Below are positions 1-9,978 of a stretch of DNA of 64,000 nucleotides, in pieces. The stretch comes from a virus (lineage: Duplodnaviria > Caudoviricetes), in IMG/VR virus record IMGVR_UViG_2974799246_000001, positions 1 through 64,000 of that record; one strand, written 5' to 3'. The notes under the pieces are model-generated. The model saw only the letters and a program-made list of their open reading frames with translations, did no database searches and had not been told where the DNA came from. The number at the start of each line of letters is the position of its first letter. The first letter of the stretch is position 1. The position numbers and the translations under genes are program-made.

Positions 1-1506
1 ATGGAAATGTTTTCGCTTGGCCTGGAAGTTCGGGCCATTCGAACTGTCACGAACCCAAAGATTAAGGAAGGTTACCGGACGGCCATGATGGGTCGTCTGG
101 GGCCATCCCACTTTAGTTCGGAAGTAACTCGCAAAGCATTCCGCCGCGTTACAAAGCTGGTGGAAGTGAAAAGCGAAATAATTGATTGGGAAGACTTGCT
201 GGAAGATCCGAACCTGAGCGAGGAGTTCAGGGACAGTCTGCGTGAAGCGGATGAGAAGCCAGCAAAGACCATGAAAGGTTTTGACAAGATATTCGACAGT
301 CTGGAGAAGTATCGCCAGCGCCGTGATATCATGAACCTCGGTAAGCAGATTGCTAAAGACTTTAGCGATGCAGACCCAGAGGAGTTCGACGAACAAACGT
401 ACATGCAAGAGCTGGCTGATAAGCTGGGTCAAGCGCAGCGTGGCACCCGTAAGACCGAGAAGGTTTGGTCATTCGGTGGCAAGAAGTCGAACGCATTAAA
501 GTTGGCGAAACAGGTAATCACTAACCCGAAAGAGGTGATGTACAAAACTGGCTTTAAAACATACGACGACAAGAACGGCGGCTGGCCGACTACTGGCGTT
601 GTGTTGTTAGCTGGTTCAACGTCTGGTGGTAAGTCTGTTATCTCGATGAACGTTGCGGATGCAATGGCGAAAGTGAACGGCATTCACTGTCTCAAGGTCA
701 CACTCGAAATGACCGCCGAGCAGGAAATGAAGCGTATGCTTTCGATGATCAGCGGTATTGACTTCTGGAAGATCAAGCAAGGCAAGTTGACCAAGCGTGA
801 ACAAGCCAAGCTGATGGATGCAGCCAAGAAGTACGATAAGATGGTACGCAAAGCTAAGGGACGTAACTCGTTTACCTCACCTGAGCGTGGAATGTCGATT
901 GATGATGTTCTGTGTATGTCTATTCCGTATGGCGTTCACGTAACCTTCATCGACTACGTTGGTCTGTTAGAGGGTATCGACAACGATAACCAATGGCGCG
1001 AACTGTCTACGATTGTCCGTAAAGCGAAAGTACACGCGAACGCAACAGGCCAGCTTGTTGTTATCCTGTGTCAGCTTGATGACCAGACAGGTCGTATTCG
1101 TTACTCTGGTGGTATGCGTGAACACGCCGACGTGGTGTGGGCATGGAACTACTCTGACCCAGAGATTCGTGAAGGTAAGCGCATCCCTGTTCAGGTAATG
1201 AAAGCGCGTGATGGTGAGTTGTTCGAAATGGCGTTGGAAGACGCATTCGAAACGATGACTGTACGCGATGCTGGCTCTGACGTTCCTGCCACAAGATCGA
1301 ATGCTATTGCTGCGGACGATATGGAAGGTAAGGGAGATTCCAAGAAGAAATTCGGAAAAGGTAATTTCAAGAAGAAAGATAAAATTGAGATTAAGAAGTC
1401 TCGTCGTGGCGCTGCTGCATTCCTTAACTCGGGAGCTGATAGCGATGATGACGATGGCGACCTACCGAAGAAAAAGAAAAAGCGCAAGTCGTATGACGTA
1501 GCTTAG
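1..1506 (+). CDS. Replicative DnaB-like (SF4) DNA helicase
   Basis: Walker A AGSTSGGKS, TLEM, FIDYVGLL (Walker B), LCQL and KARDG motifs; K/D-rich C-tail. The ATG lies at the window edge, so the true start could be upstream. Confidence 0.88.
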   Translation: MEMFSLGLEVRAIRTVTNPKIKEGYRTAMMGRLGPSHFSSEVTRKAFRRVTKLVEVKSEIIDWEDLLEDPNLSEEFRDSLREADEKPAKTMKGFDKIFDSLEKYRQRRDIMNLGKQIAKDFSDADPEEFDEQTYMQELADKLGQAQRGTRKTEKVWSFGGKKSNALKLAKQVITNPKEVMYKTGFKTYDDKNGGWPTTGVVLLAGSTSGGKSVISMNVADAMAKVNGIHCLKVTLEMTAEQEMKRMLSMISGIDFWKIKQGKLTKREQAKLMDAAKKYDKMVRKAKGRNSFTSPERGMSIDDVLCMSIPYGVHVTFIDYVGLLEGIDNDNQWRELSTIVRKAKVHANATGQLVVILCQLDDQTGRIRYSGGMREHADVVWAWNYSDPEIREGKRIPVQVMKARDGELFEMALEDAFETMTVRDAGSDVPATRSNAIAADDMEGKGDSKKKFGKGNFKKKDKIEIKKSRRGAAAFLNSGADSDDDDGDLPKKKKKRKSYDVA

Positions 1507-1514
1507 GAGTCTTC

Positions 1515-1757
1515 ATGGACAACATCGACTGGCTTGTGTTTGACGACGCAGCCAACCTAAACATAGACAAGGATTACGTCTATCATGTTCGCACCAAGGA
1601 GGGTGCAGAGTATTCTGGTATGTACCCTAACGGGGCAGGCTTTCATTGCCAGAATCCAGGCGAACCTCGCCGTGTATCAATGTCTGACGTAACGCACTAT
1701 GCAGTGCAGATGGCGTTTGATGATCACGCCGATAAATACGTGTTCAAACGTGAGTAA
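1515..1757 (+). CDS. Hypothetical protein (80 aa)
   Basis: ORF with AGGAG RBS, packed between neighbours. Confidence 0.7.
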   Translation: MDNIDWLVFDDAANLNIDKDYVYHVRTKEGAEYSGMYPNGAGFHCQNPGEPRRVSMSDVTHYAVQMAFDDHADKYVFKRE

Positions 1758-2553
1758 GTTCGAAGGTCCGTACGGACTCACTGAGACAGAGCACATGGTC
1801 CCACGCTGGACGTACCCTGTTAAGCATGGACAGGTTCGTCGTGTTGAAGCGTGGGAACTCGATACGATGCCGAATGCCACGCAGCAAGTGCGCATGGTAA
1901 ACGATATTCATGCAATCCACAGTACACCTGTAGAGGACTACGATGACGAACTCGACCTCGATGAAGAAGCCGCAACGATCTCAAAAACTGAGTCCAGACT
2001 TCTTATCAAGCCTCGACTCAATGAAATCCGCTCCCGTCACAACAAAGACCACATTAGTCCAGAGAACGTCTTCACCGTCAGCGACGAAGTAATTGATGGT
2101 GCGCTGGACAGCATTGACAGCTACTCGGAAACATTCCGCGAGTACCTGATGCACCATGTGTTCAGCCCGATACTTGGGTTTGACATTGCGGCAGGTGAAG
2201 TGGAAGCAATCGCCAAAGACTGTCTCAAAACAGATCTTGAGATAGACAGCGAGCTTGTGCCGTATATCGAGCGCGTAGGGCTTGCTAACGTTCTTGGCGC
2301 TATGCTTACGAAGTCCCAGTCAGTGCCCGAACAAGTACGCGCAGACGTTCTGAAAGACTGGTTAATTAAAGCGTTTGATGACGTTCGCGCAGAGCACAAA
2401 GCGAAGAACACCACCAATGGTCTTCGTGCGCAAATTCGTCGTCTAATGCACGGTAACACCGACCTTGTTGCTAAAGGCACTGGCACGGGTATCGGTACGA
2501 CAAGAGGATTTTCTGAGTACAGGAAACAGATGAACGAGAATGGCCAAGCCTAA
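1750..2553 (+). CDS. Hypothetical protein immediately upstream of the terminase large subunit
   Basis: Long ORF; probable GTG start at 1750 overlapping the upstream stop; overlaps the terL start. Confidence 0.65.
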   Translation: MSKFEGPYGLTETEHMVPRWTYPVKHGQVRRVEAWELDTMPNATQQVRMVNDIHAIHSTPVEDYDDELDLDEEAATISKTESRLLIKPRLNEIRSRHNKDHISPENVFTVSDEVIDGALDSIDSYSETFREYLMHHVFSPILGFDIAAGEVEAIAKDCLKTDLEIDSELVPYIERVGLANVLGAMLTKSQSVPEQVRADVLKDWLIKAFDDVRAEHKAKNTTNGLRAQIRRLMHGNTDLVAKGTGTGIGTTRGFSEYRKQMNENGQA

Positions 2554-5368
2554 GAAGGGTCCAGCTTTCTCCCTACGTCCAAAACGCATTGCGGCCTTTG
2601 ATGCGCTGCTTGGTGATGACGTACAGGTAGAGGCTTCCGCTGACATGGACTTCTTGTCAGATAATAGTTCAAGTGCGATTAACTTCTTGGAGAAGGGTGA
2701 GGTTAATATCGTTGACTTGGTTGAGGGCGCACTGGAACAACGCACCCTCGTACCACGCGATTTGAAGTTCGACGACAGTTCAATGCCTAAGGCGAAACAC
2801 TTCCTTGAGTGGTGCACTAGTCCCGACTTCCTTAAAGCCGAACCGTATCTTGAACAGGCCTTGATTGGTCTTCGCTTATTCGGAGAGATTTGCGTTCGCT
2901 GCTCTCCTAATCTGCAATGGATGTACACTGAAAACCACGAGCCACAAGAAACAACTGCCGCAATCGAGGAACACTTGCACCTGCTACATAATGGTGTGTG
3001 CCCTCATTGCGGCGCTCGTCGTTCTGAGATGATTCGCAAGAAAGAGATGAACTTCTACAACGAACTGGCTGTGAACGCCGGACAGCGTTGTGTGATTGCT
3101 TCAACTCCTGTTGTGACTTCTCGTGGTATCATGCCGATTGGTCATATGATGGTCGGCCACGACACTCCTGGTTTCCATAAGCCTCGTCGCAACTTCAATG
3201 CGCATAACGGGCGAGAGATCAAGAACGTCAGTCAGGTGTATGTCTCCGATGAAAGCCCAACGAAAGTCGTGACGCTTGCAAACGGCATGTGGATTGAAGC
3301 AACTCATGAGCACCCTGTGCGTACTGAGCAAGGCTTCAAGAAAGTGTCTAAGCTGAAAGTAGGCGACCGTATCGAGATCAAACTCGGTACGAACTCGTGG
3401 GGTAAGATTCAACGTCCTGTATCTATCTATGATGCTGGACTCTCCGTGCGCGAAGAAGCTCTGCGGTATATCGCTGATCGCTCGCTCGCAATCGGAGACA
3501 AGATGCAGTATGTGTCCGATGATGTTGACGCGCTACAGATGGTGTGGTCGATTCTTATCAATGCTGGCCATATGCCTCAAGTGTTACATGACACGCGAAG
3601 CTGGAGCATTGTTTATGATCTCAATGAGCCGCCTGAGTGCCGCTCTCTCCATGTCGAAGTGCAGTCAGTAGATGAAGGCACACCTCAGGTAACGTATGAC
3701 CTACAGATGGAGGGCTTGCCTCAATTCGTAGCGTCAGGCCTGCTGCATCACAATAGCGGTAAGTCGGTCGTGGTAGCGATGATCTCTACCTATCTGACAC
3801 ACAGACTGCTTATGTCGCAATCGCCTACTGGTATCTTGAGCATCGACAGCACAACCGTATTGCACGGAACGTTCGTCGCGCTGACCCAGAAGCAAGCGGC
3901 AGATACACTCTGGACACCGTACTTCAACTATATCATGGGTAGTCCTTGGTTCCAAGCCTATCACGATCTGATTCGCAAACACGAACGCCGTTACGGCATC
4001 GAGGTGATGAAGATTCGTGATACGTTCGTTCTGTACGGACACAGGAACTTCGTTATCTACCCAGCAGGTCCAGATGGTCGTATTCTTCGTGGTCGAACTC
4101 GTGTACTGGCGGTGATCGATGAGGTGGCGTATTTCGACAACGACGCCCAATCCAAAAAGATCAAAGTCAGTGCTGGTGCTGTATACGGAGCACTCGACCG
4201 TTCACTTGCAACCGTGCGAGCGAAAGAGAAACGACAAGTCGAGGCAGGCTACGACGAGGCATTCACGGGCTACTTCTGCAACATCAGTAGTCCGGTACAC
4301 GCTCGTGATAAAATCAATGAGCTGTTGCGTATGTCAGTAGGCTCGGAGAAGCTGTTAGGCATTCATGCTCCTACGTGGAAGATGAACCCTGACATGCCAC
4401 GTAACTCCGAGTTCCTTGTCGAGGCATTCCGTCGTGACCCTGTTGGTGCAGCGCGAGATTATGGCGCAGAAGCACCGTTGTCTGCTAACCCGTTCATCAC
4501 GCAGCCTACGTTTATCGCAGATGCTATCCGTGAGAAAGGTCGTTCGATGTGTACCTACACGCATCATATCATTCGACACAAAGACGGTGAACGCCAGCGC
4601 TACGGTAGTCTGGTAAAAGCGGCAACGACAACCAAAGCGTCCATCCTTGCGATAGATGCTGGCTTCTCGAATAACAGCTTCGCACTCGTAACAGGCTCGC
4701 GTGGTGATGATGGTATTATCAGTGTTGACTGTCTGGTGGAGATCGTTCCAAAGCCGGGCATACCTCTGAACTATACTCTCATCTTTGACGAACTGCTTAT
4801 ACCTCTGTGTAAAGCGCGTAACGTGCGCGTCATGCTTGCTGACCAGTGGCAGTCTCTCAAACTGCTGCAAGACGCCAAGCTGAAAGTTGATTCGATTGAG
4901 GAGTCCGATCAGTACAGCCTGAAATATCAGGACATGTGGACTGTGAAGACGATGTTTGAATCCACTCCATCGAAAATCAGCTTACCGCGCATGACTCACG
5001 CCAACACGATTATGGACACGCTGAAATACGATGGCGATGAATATCCTCAGTGCTTCGAGAACAAACCAACAGAGCACTTGATCATGCAGCTCCAGACAGT
5101 GCAGGACACTGGGCGTAGCGTAATCAAGAACACAGGTGCAACCGATGACTTGTGGCGAGCGATGGCACTCATGGTCTATGGCTTCGAGTGTGGTAACTAC
5201 GACGAGTATCTGACGAAAGCGCCAGAAGTAGCAATCAACCGTGACCCGAATCGCTTGGGTCGTGTGGCGCATAGGCTTAACTCTGGCTCTGCTTCTATTG
5301 GCCGTCCACAGCTTAGTGGTGGTCGTGTTCTTGGCTCTGCGCGTACTCGGATGATCGGCCGTAAGTAA
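2540..5368 (+). CDS. terL: Terminase large subunit, intein-containing
   Basis: After intein removal Walker A reads GQRSGKS; LRGRT..VIDEVAYF Walker B, NISSP coupling motif, AIDAG RNase-H-like nuclease motif and C-terminal DDLWRA; N-terminal CxxC pairs; lies upstream of a portal-like gene. Confidence 0.88.
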   Translation: MAKPKKGPAFSLRPKRIAAFDALLGDDVQVEASADMDFLSDNSSSAINFLEKGEVNIVDLVEGALEQRTLVPRDLKFDDSSMPKAKHFLEWCTSPDFLKAEPYLEQALIGLRLFGEICVRCSPNLQWMYTENHEPQETTAAIEEHLHLLHNGVCPHCGARRSEMIRKKEMNFYNELAVNAGQRCVIASTPVVTSRGIMPIGHMMVGHDTPGFHKPRRNFNAHNGREIKNVSQVYVSDESPTKVVTLANGMWIEATHEHPVRTEQGFKKVSKLKVGDRIEIKLGTNSWGKIQRPVSIYDAGLSVREEALRYIADRSLAIGDKMQYVSDDVDALQMVWSILINAGHMPQVLHDTRSWSIVYDLNEPPECRSLHVEVQSVDEGTPQVTYDLQMEGLPQFVASGLLHHNSGKSVVVAMISTYLTHRLLMSQSPTGILSIDSTTVLHGTFVALTQKQAADTLWTPYFNYIMGSPWFQAYHDLIRKHERRYGIEVMKIRDTFVLYGHRNFVIYPAGPDGRILRGRTRVLAVIDEVAYFDNDAQSKKIKVSAGAVYGALDRSLATVRAKEKRQVEAGYDEAFTGYFCNISSPVHARDKINELLRMSVGSEKLLGIHAPTWKMNPDMPRNSEFLVEAFRRDPVGAARDYGAEAPLSANPFITQPTFIADAIREKGRSMCTYTHHIIRHKDGERQRYGSLVKAATTTKASILAIDAGFSNNSFALVTGSRGDDGIISVDCLVEIVPKPGIPLNYTLIFDELLIPLCKARNVRVMLADQWQSLKLLQDAKLKVDSIEESDQYSLKYQDMWTVKTMFESTPSKISLPRMTHANTIMDTLKYDGDEYPQCFENKPTEHLIMQLQTVQDTGRSVIKNTGATDDLWRAMALMVYGFECGNYDEYLTKAPEVAINRDPNRLGRVAHRLNSGSASIGRPQLSGGRVLGSARTRMIGRK
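3089..3754 (+). mobile_element. Intein (222 aa) in terminase Walker A, with degenerate endonuclease remnant
   Basis: Starts C-VIASTPV, block B ATHEHPV, block F TYDLQM, ends LLHHN followed by Ser+1 of SGKS. Confidence 0.9.
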
Positions 5369-5370
5369 GC

Positions 5371-5376
5371 TAATTT
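5371..5376 (+). promoter_or_regulatory. TAATTT putative late-promoter core
   Basis: The same hexamer recurs 25-33 nt upstream of start codons at 7 gene junctions on both strands. Confidence 0.55.
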
Positions 5377-5400
5377 AACCGAGTCAGCAACTAGAGGAAT

Positions 5401-5622
5401 ATGATCATGAGTAAGCACTATAACCCACTGCTCAACAATAACTCTGTAAAGTCAGAGTCAAGCGGCAAGCAGGTGGAAAGCACCAGCGCCGCTTTCGTTG
5501 TTGAGAGCGCTAACGTGTGTCCCAAATGCAGCTCTGCGACTGTGCCTACACAACTTCTCTCAGGAGAGGGTGTGATGTTCTGTACAGGCTGCCGCGTGAG
5601 CCTCGCAATCCCATTGAAGTGA
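5401..5622 (+). CDS. Small zinc-ribbon protein
   Basis: CPKC...CTGC; GAGGA RBS. Confidence 0.7.
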   Translation: MIMSKHYNPLLNNNSVKSESSGKQVESTSAAFVVESANVCPKCSSATVPTQLLSGEGVMFCTGCRVSLAIPLK

Positions 5623-5629
5623 GGTAATT

Positions 5630-7567
5630 ATGGGCGTCCAGGTTGGTCGTCGTCAATTAGGCGGCACACACCAAGAGCCTGCAAAGAAGAAAGAAAAATC
5701 TCTCGGCGCAGCCTCTTTACCGCGCGAGATAGGCAAAGCAATCCGCAGTGAGAGTTCACGTCGTCACTCCGACTTCGTATCTCAATCTGCGGGTGGCGCA
5801 GGAATGGCTGCCGGTAATATGCAGATTGGTACCGTGCCTCTTGATATCGACTTAGAGCCGATGATGGAAGGTATGGACTATGATGCTGATGACCGACAGC
5901 TATTCAATGTCTACCGCGATATGTACCACTTTGACCCAATCTGCGGCTCCTACGTGGACCTGTTCTCAACGCTACCATTCTCCGATGTGAGTTTTAGTGG
6001 CGCTAAGGACAGTGTCCTTGAGCCGTACTACGAAGTGAACGAACGTTTGTCACTGACAACCAGTATGCCGAACATCACAACCGATATTCAGGTTACTGGC
6101 GCGTTCTGTGGCTCGATGATCTACAACAAAGACCGTAAAAAGTTTATCGACCTGATGACGCACCGTTACGACAACATCGACGTAACGCCACTGCCGTTTA
6201 TCAGTCAGGACCCGATGTTCGAACTGCGCATTCCTCAATACGTGAAGTCTGCTTTCGCTAAAGAAGGCAAACGCATTGACGCGCTGAAAAAAGAACTGGG
6301 CCCTGCGTTCGTTGATAAGCTCATGAACGACGTGACGATGGAACTCGACCCTATCGGCACAATCTACATTCCACGTAAAACGTTCAGCTTTGGCGAAGGT
6401 ATCTCGGTGTTACGCCGTGTCCTGCCGATTTGGCTGATTGAGAAGAATCTCTATCGTGGTACGCTGATTGAGTCAGGCCGTCGTCAACGTGGTATCTTAC
6501 ATGCCCAGCTGGGTGATGGTGATCAGTGGGAACCGTCGCAAGAAGAAATGGACTTTATGACCGACCTTCTTCTGTCTGCGGATAGTGACCCGATTGGATC
6601 TATCATTACAACCCGACTCGGTGTGAACATCAGTGAGTTCCGTCAAGGCGGCGACTTCTGGAAGATTACGGATATCTGGGACCAGACTGCTCAATTCAAA
6701 ATGCGAGCTATGGGTATCAGTGAAGCGTTCCTGAGTGGTGAAGCAAACTACGACTCGGGTGCGGCTGGCTTGACGATCTTCGTTGAAGCGATGCGAGCGT
6801 TCCGTGATCATCTGACGCGTAAAGTCTACTACGAGAAAGTCTTCCCACTTATCAGTATGATGAACGGCTTGGCTGTTCAGCGTAACGGTAAGATTATCAA
6901 GAAGAACAATCTCATGGAAGGCGGCCTGACCGAAGTAATGTACAAGATGAATGACGGTTCTAAGCTGTTTATTCCTAACGTGCATTGGTCTAAGCAACTG
7001 CGTCCTGATGTTGACCAGGCGATGATGGAAAACTTACGTGCGATGACTGAACTGGGTGTTCCAGTTCCGTTACGTGCTATCGCTGCGGCTGGCGGGTACA
7101 ACTTCGACCAGATTCTTATGGATCAGGATGAAGACCTCGCAATGCGTCGTAAGCTGATGGCGTACCGCAAACGTCAGGCTGAAATCGATCAGGAGTTCGC
7201 TCCGCCTGAGCCTGGTGCTGGCGGTGGTGACGGTGATAGCTTTAGTTCTGTTAGCTCAATGTCTGCTGACTTGCAGCGCCGTCGTCGTCACGTAGCTGGT
7301 ATCGGTCTGTCTTCTGCTGTACTTGGTGGTGAGCAACGCAAGCTGCTTAACCGTGACTTCGGTGAACGTTCTGAAATCTTTGAACTGTCCAAGACAGGTA
7401 AGAAGAAGCACGTCTTCCGTCAGTCCGTTGCTAACAGCAAAGCGAATGACGCTATCTGGAAAGCGGCGAAGACGTATGAGGCAAACAAAACGATGCCACT
7501 GGATAACGGCAAGGTATCATTCCAGCCGACACCTGGTGAGCTTCGTGCAATGTCGAGACTCCGTTAA
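5630..7567 (+). CDS. Probable portal protein
   Basis: 645 aa, follows terL; YRDMYHFDPIC and MGISEAFLSGEANY resemble T4-gp20-like jumbo-phage portals. Confidence 0.7.
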   Translation: MGVQVGRRQLGGTHQEPAKKKEKSLGAASLPREIGKAIRSESSRRHSDFVSQSAGGAGMAAGNMQIGTVPLDIDLEPMMEGMDYDADDRQLFNVYRDMYHFDPICGSYVDLFSTLPFSDVSFSGAKDSVLEPYYEVNERLSLTTSMPNITTDIQVTGAFCGSMIYNKDRKKFIDLMTHRYDNIDVTPLPFISQDPMFELRIPQYVKSAFAKEGKRIDALKKELGPAFVDKLMNDVTMELDPIGTIYIPRKTFSFGEGISVLRRVLPIWLIEKNLYRGTLIESGRRQRGILHAQLGDGDQWEPSQEEMDFMTDLLLSADSDPIGSIITTRLGVNISEFRQGGDFWKITDIWDQTAQFKMRAMGISEAFLSGEANYDSGAAGLTIFVEAMRAFRDHLTRKVYYEKVFPLISMMNGLAVQRNGKIIKKNNLMEGGLTEVMYKMNDGSKLFIPNVHWSKQLRPDVDQAMMENLRAMTELGVPVPLRAIAAAGGYNFDQILMDQDEDLAMRRKLMAYRKRQAEIDQEFAPPEPGAGGGDGDSFSSVSSMSADLQRRRRHVAGIGLSSAVLGGEQRKLLNRDFGERSEIFELSKTGKKKHVFRQSVANSKANDAIWKAAKTYEANKTMPLDNGKVSFQPTPGELRAMSRLR

Positions 7568-7902
7568 TGTACAACGTAGCAACGTGTCCAATTGACGGTA
7601 CTGAGAAGGTGGTTGTGTATCGCCACCCTATCTTTACTGACTACGGTTTGGGTTTGAAGATAGACCGCAATCCTGATATGCCTATTGTCGAATGCAATAT
7701 CGTGACAGGCACTATCGACGGCGAATCTAAACTCGAAACCATCAGCGACCATACGGCACCACTCGAAGTTCAGGTGTGGTGTTTTACTGGTATGCTGACT
7801 CTGCGCGAATCTGTAAATATGCAGAGCCTATCACTCGATGCTTTATTCCCGAATAACGGGGGCATCGTATACTACAGACAAAACCAGGAGAGTACATCGT
7901 GA
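7567..7902 (+). CDS. Hypothetical protein
   Basis: ORF coupled to the portal stop (TAATG). Confidence 0.65.
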   Translation: MYNVATCPIDGTEKVVVYRHPIFTDYGLGLKIDRNPDMPIVECNIVTGTIDGESKLETISDHTAPLEVQVWCFTGMLTLRESVNMQSLSLDALFPNNGGIVYYRQNQESTS

Positions 7903-8282
7903 GTGGATTATTCCCGCATCGCGTTATCGATCAGAAAGCAGGTTTCGTATTCGTTGTGCAGCCCGCCGACGAAAACGATGAAGACGCGGTTGAAGCGGCT
8001 AAGGAAGTTGAAGCCGTTCTGATCGAAGCGTGGCCGACTGCGCCGTCTGAACTGTCTGTCGAAGACGTGCGTGACCCAGAAGAAGCCGAACTGGTGTTTG
8101 CTGATATCATGCAACTGCTGGAAGAAGCAGAGCGTGAAGAAGCAAATCAGATCGTGGTTAGTGGTATTCTGATTGTCGGCGATCTGGTCATCGTCAACTG
8201 TATGTTGACTGGTGAAGACCTGTCTGACGAAGAAGACGAAGACGATGATTCCGTTGAAGCCGACGAAGAAGACTTCGCTTAA
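7899..8282 (+). CDS. Highly acidic hypothetical protein
   Basis: GTG start with AGGAG RBS; very E/D-rich. Confidence 0.75.
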   Translation: MSGLFPHRVIDQKAGFVFVVQPADENDEDAVEAAKEVEAVLIEAWPTAPSELSVEDVRDPEEAELVFADIMQLLEEAEREEANQIVVSGILIVGDLVIVNCMLTGEDLSDEEDEDDDSVEADEEDFA

Positions 8283-8291
8283 CGTCTGTCG

Positions 8292-8311
8292 TGAGGACCT
8301 TCGGGTCCTCA
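8292..8311 (+). promoter_or_regulatory. cUUCGg hairpin covering an RBS and start codon
   Basis: TGAGGACC-TTCG-GGTCCTCA; no U-tract; contains GAGGA and the A of ATG 8311. Confidence 0.65.
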
Positions 8312-8445
8312 TGAATCTAACCGAGACTAATCCGGTATACGCAGCAAAGTTCCTCACGAACAAAACTGACGACGAAGCACGGTCGTTACTTGCTGCCCTT
8401 AAAAACGATGAGGTAACATCACTGTACGATCTAATGGTGACGTGA
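8311..8445 (+). CDS. Small hypothetical protein (44 aa)
   Basis: ATG 8311, MNLTETNPVY...; stop overlaps the next start. Confidence 0.5.
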   Translation: MNLTETNPVYAAKFLTNKTDDEARSLLAALKNDEVTSLYDLMVT

Positions 8446-8942
8446 TGGAAAATAGTACCGCGGACGAAAGTCCTAATAGCGCAAGGCATCGCATATTCTT
8501 CAAGCAGCCGAAACGAGTACCTCCCTTCGATACAGCTTTCGTTCGTTCATCTAATCGTGAAGGTCTGAAAGTCCTCCTATCGGCTGCCCCTGAACATTGT
8601 CAGATCATTTTGTTTTCGGACGGCCTCGGCATCGCTTCTGCCATGAAACGCCTCTTTAAGCGCAACTTCAAACTCTGTTCGCAAGCTCTACAATTCGACC
8701 TTAGGACACTTACGTTCACAGGTCAAGTCGTCTATCAATTTACTCGCGGTGGCGGTGTGTATGACCCTCTGGCCAGATACTTCTGCGCTGGCGATAGTCA
8801 CCTGCATGAACTCGCACAGACGACGAAGATTGCCGAAACCGAAACGGACACCATTGATATGTTCTGTTGCGGCTTGGCGTTCCATCGCGTGTTGCTTGAG
8901 CGTGGTCGAGGGCGTTCTATCGTTTTCGCGGAGGAACAATGA
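8442..8942 (+). CDS. Hypothetical protein
   Basis: ORF overlapping neighbours by 4 nt. Confidence 0.65.
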   Translation: MMENSTADESPNSARHRIFFKQPKRVPPFDTAFVRSSNREGLKVLLSAAPEHCQIILFSDGLGIASAMKRLFKRNFKLCSQALQFDLRTLTFTGQVVYQFTRGGGVYDPLARYFCAGDSHLHELAQTTKIAETETDTIDMFCCGLAFHRVLLERGRGRSIVFAEEQ

Positions 8943-9967
8943 GTAGATCGTTCGCCTCTATCGGGAAGACTCCCGTTGCAGGTGCTACCCAGAAGATGAA
9001 GATCAAGTACGGCAAACAGCCGATGCTTCACATTGTTGATGCGTCAAACTGGATGTGCCGTGCTTACTTCGCTACGAATAAGAACCCGACCTATGCCAAA
9101 GACGGTACGCCTACTTATGGCTTACGCCAGTTCATGAACATGGTCAAGGACCTGATTGATATTGCCGCGAAAGACCCTAACGGTGCATATCTCGCATTCT
9201 GCTTCGACCCAGGCTCTAACGAGACTTGGCGTTATCGCGCTATCCAGCAATGGACAGCCGAGAACAAGAAGAAGTTTGTGCGTCAGGTCTTCAAAAAGAG
9301 TAGCGATTACAAAGGCAATCGTGATCGCTCTCTGACAAAAGAGCTGGGCGTCCAGATGCAGTTGGCCCGCGACATTCTGGAAATGGCTGGCTACTATGTT
9401 GGCCTGAAACGTCCGTATGAGTGTGATGATTTGGTTGGCACGTTAAGCGACCGCTTCAAGCACAAGTACCTGATCAAGCTCTATTCGCGTGACAAAGACT
9501 ACGTGCAACTTGTTGACCACAAGAACGTGGAGCTTATCATGCAAGCGCAGTCGAATGCAGCCGAGCGTCGCTTCACGCTTAAAACCGCTCAAGGATTCTT
9601 CGGTGTACCTCCAGACCGTGTTATTGATATGCTTGCCCTCTCTGGCGATAGCGTCGATAACGTACCTGGGATTCCTGGCATTGGCGAAAAGACTGCTGCC
9701 GAGTTTATCAACCGCTTCGGTGGTGCTCTCGAACTTCGAGAAGCGTTACTCAGTGGTGAACTCAAATCGAAGGCCGGTTGGGCGAAAGCTCTTATCGGGG
9801 AAATTCCTTCAATGGATATTGAATTGCAAATGGAGCTTGTAACTATCGACCGTAACGTACCGACGCTTCCACGTAAGCTCGATGCGTTCGTGCCTGGCCG
9901 CCCAGACATAAAAGCGTTGAAAGCAACTATGAAACGCCTGGGTCTGCCTCACTTATTACACGTCTAG
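8939..9967 (+). CDS. 5'-3' exonuclease / flap endonuclease (PolA N-terminal / T4 RNase H-like)
   Basis: IVDASNWMCRAYFA, YKGNR, YECDDLVGT, SRDKDYVQL, LSGDSVDNVPGIPGIGEKTA (H3TH). Confidence 0.92.
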   Translation: MSRSFASIGKTPVAGATQKMKIKYGKQPMLHIVDASNWMCRAYFATNKNPTYAKDGTPTYGLRQFMNMVKDLIDIAAKDPNGAYLAFCFDPGSNETWRYRAIQQWTAENKKKFVRQVFKKSSDYKGNRDRSLTKELGVQMQLARDILEMAGYYVGLKRPYECDDLVGTLSDRFKHKYLIKLYSRDKDYVQLVDHKNVELIMQAQSNAAERRFTLKTAQGFFGVPPDRVIDMLALSGDSVDNVPGIPGIGEKTAAEFINRFGGALELREALLSGELKSKAGWAKALIGEIPSMDIELQMELVTIDRNVPTLPRKLDAFVPGRPDIKALKATMKRLGLPHLLHV

Positions 9968-9978
9968 TAGAGGATAGC

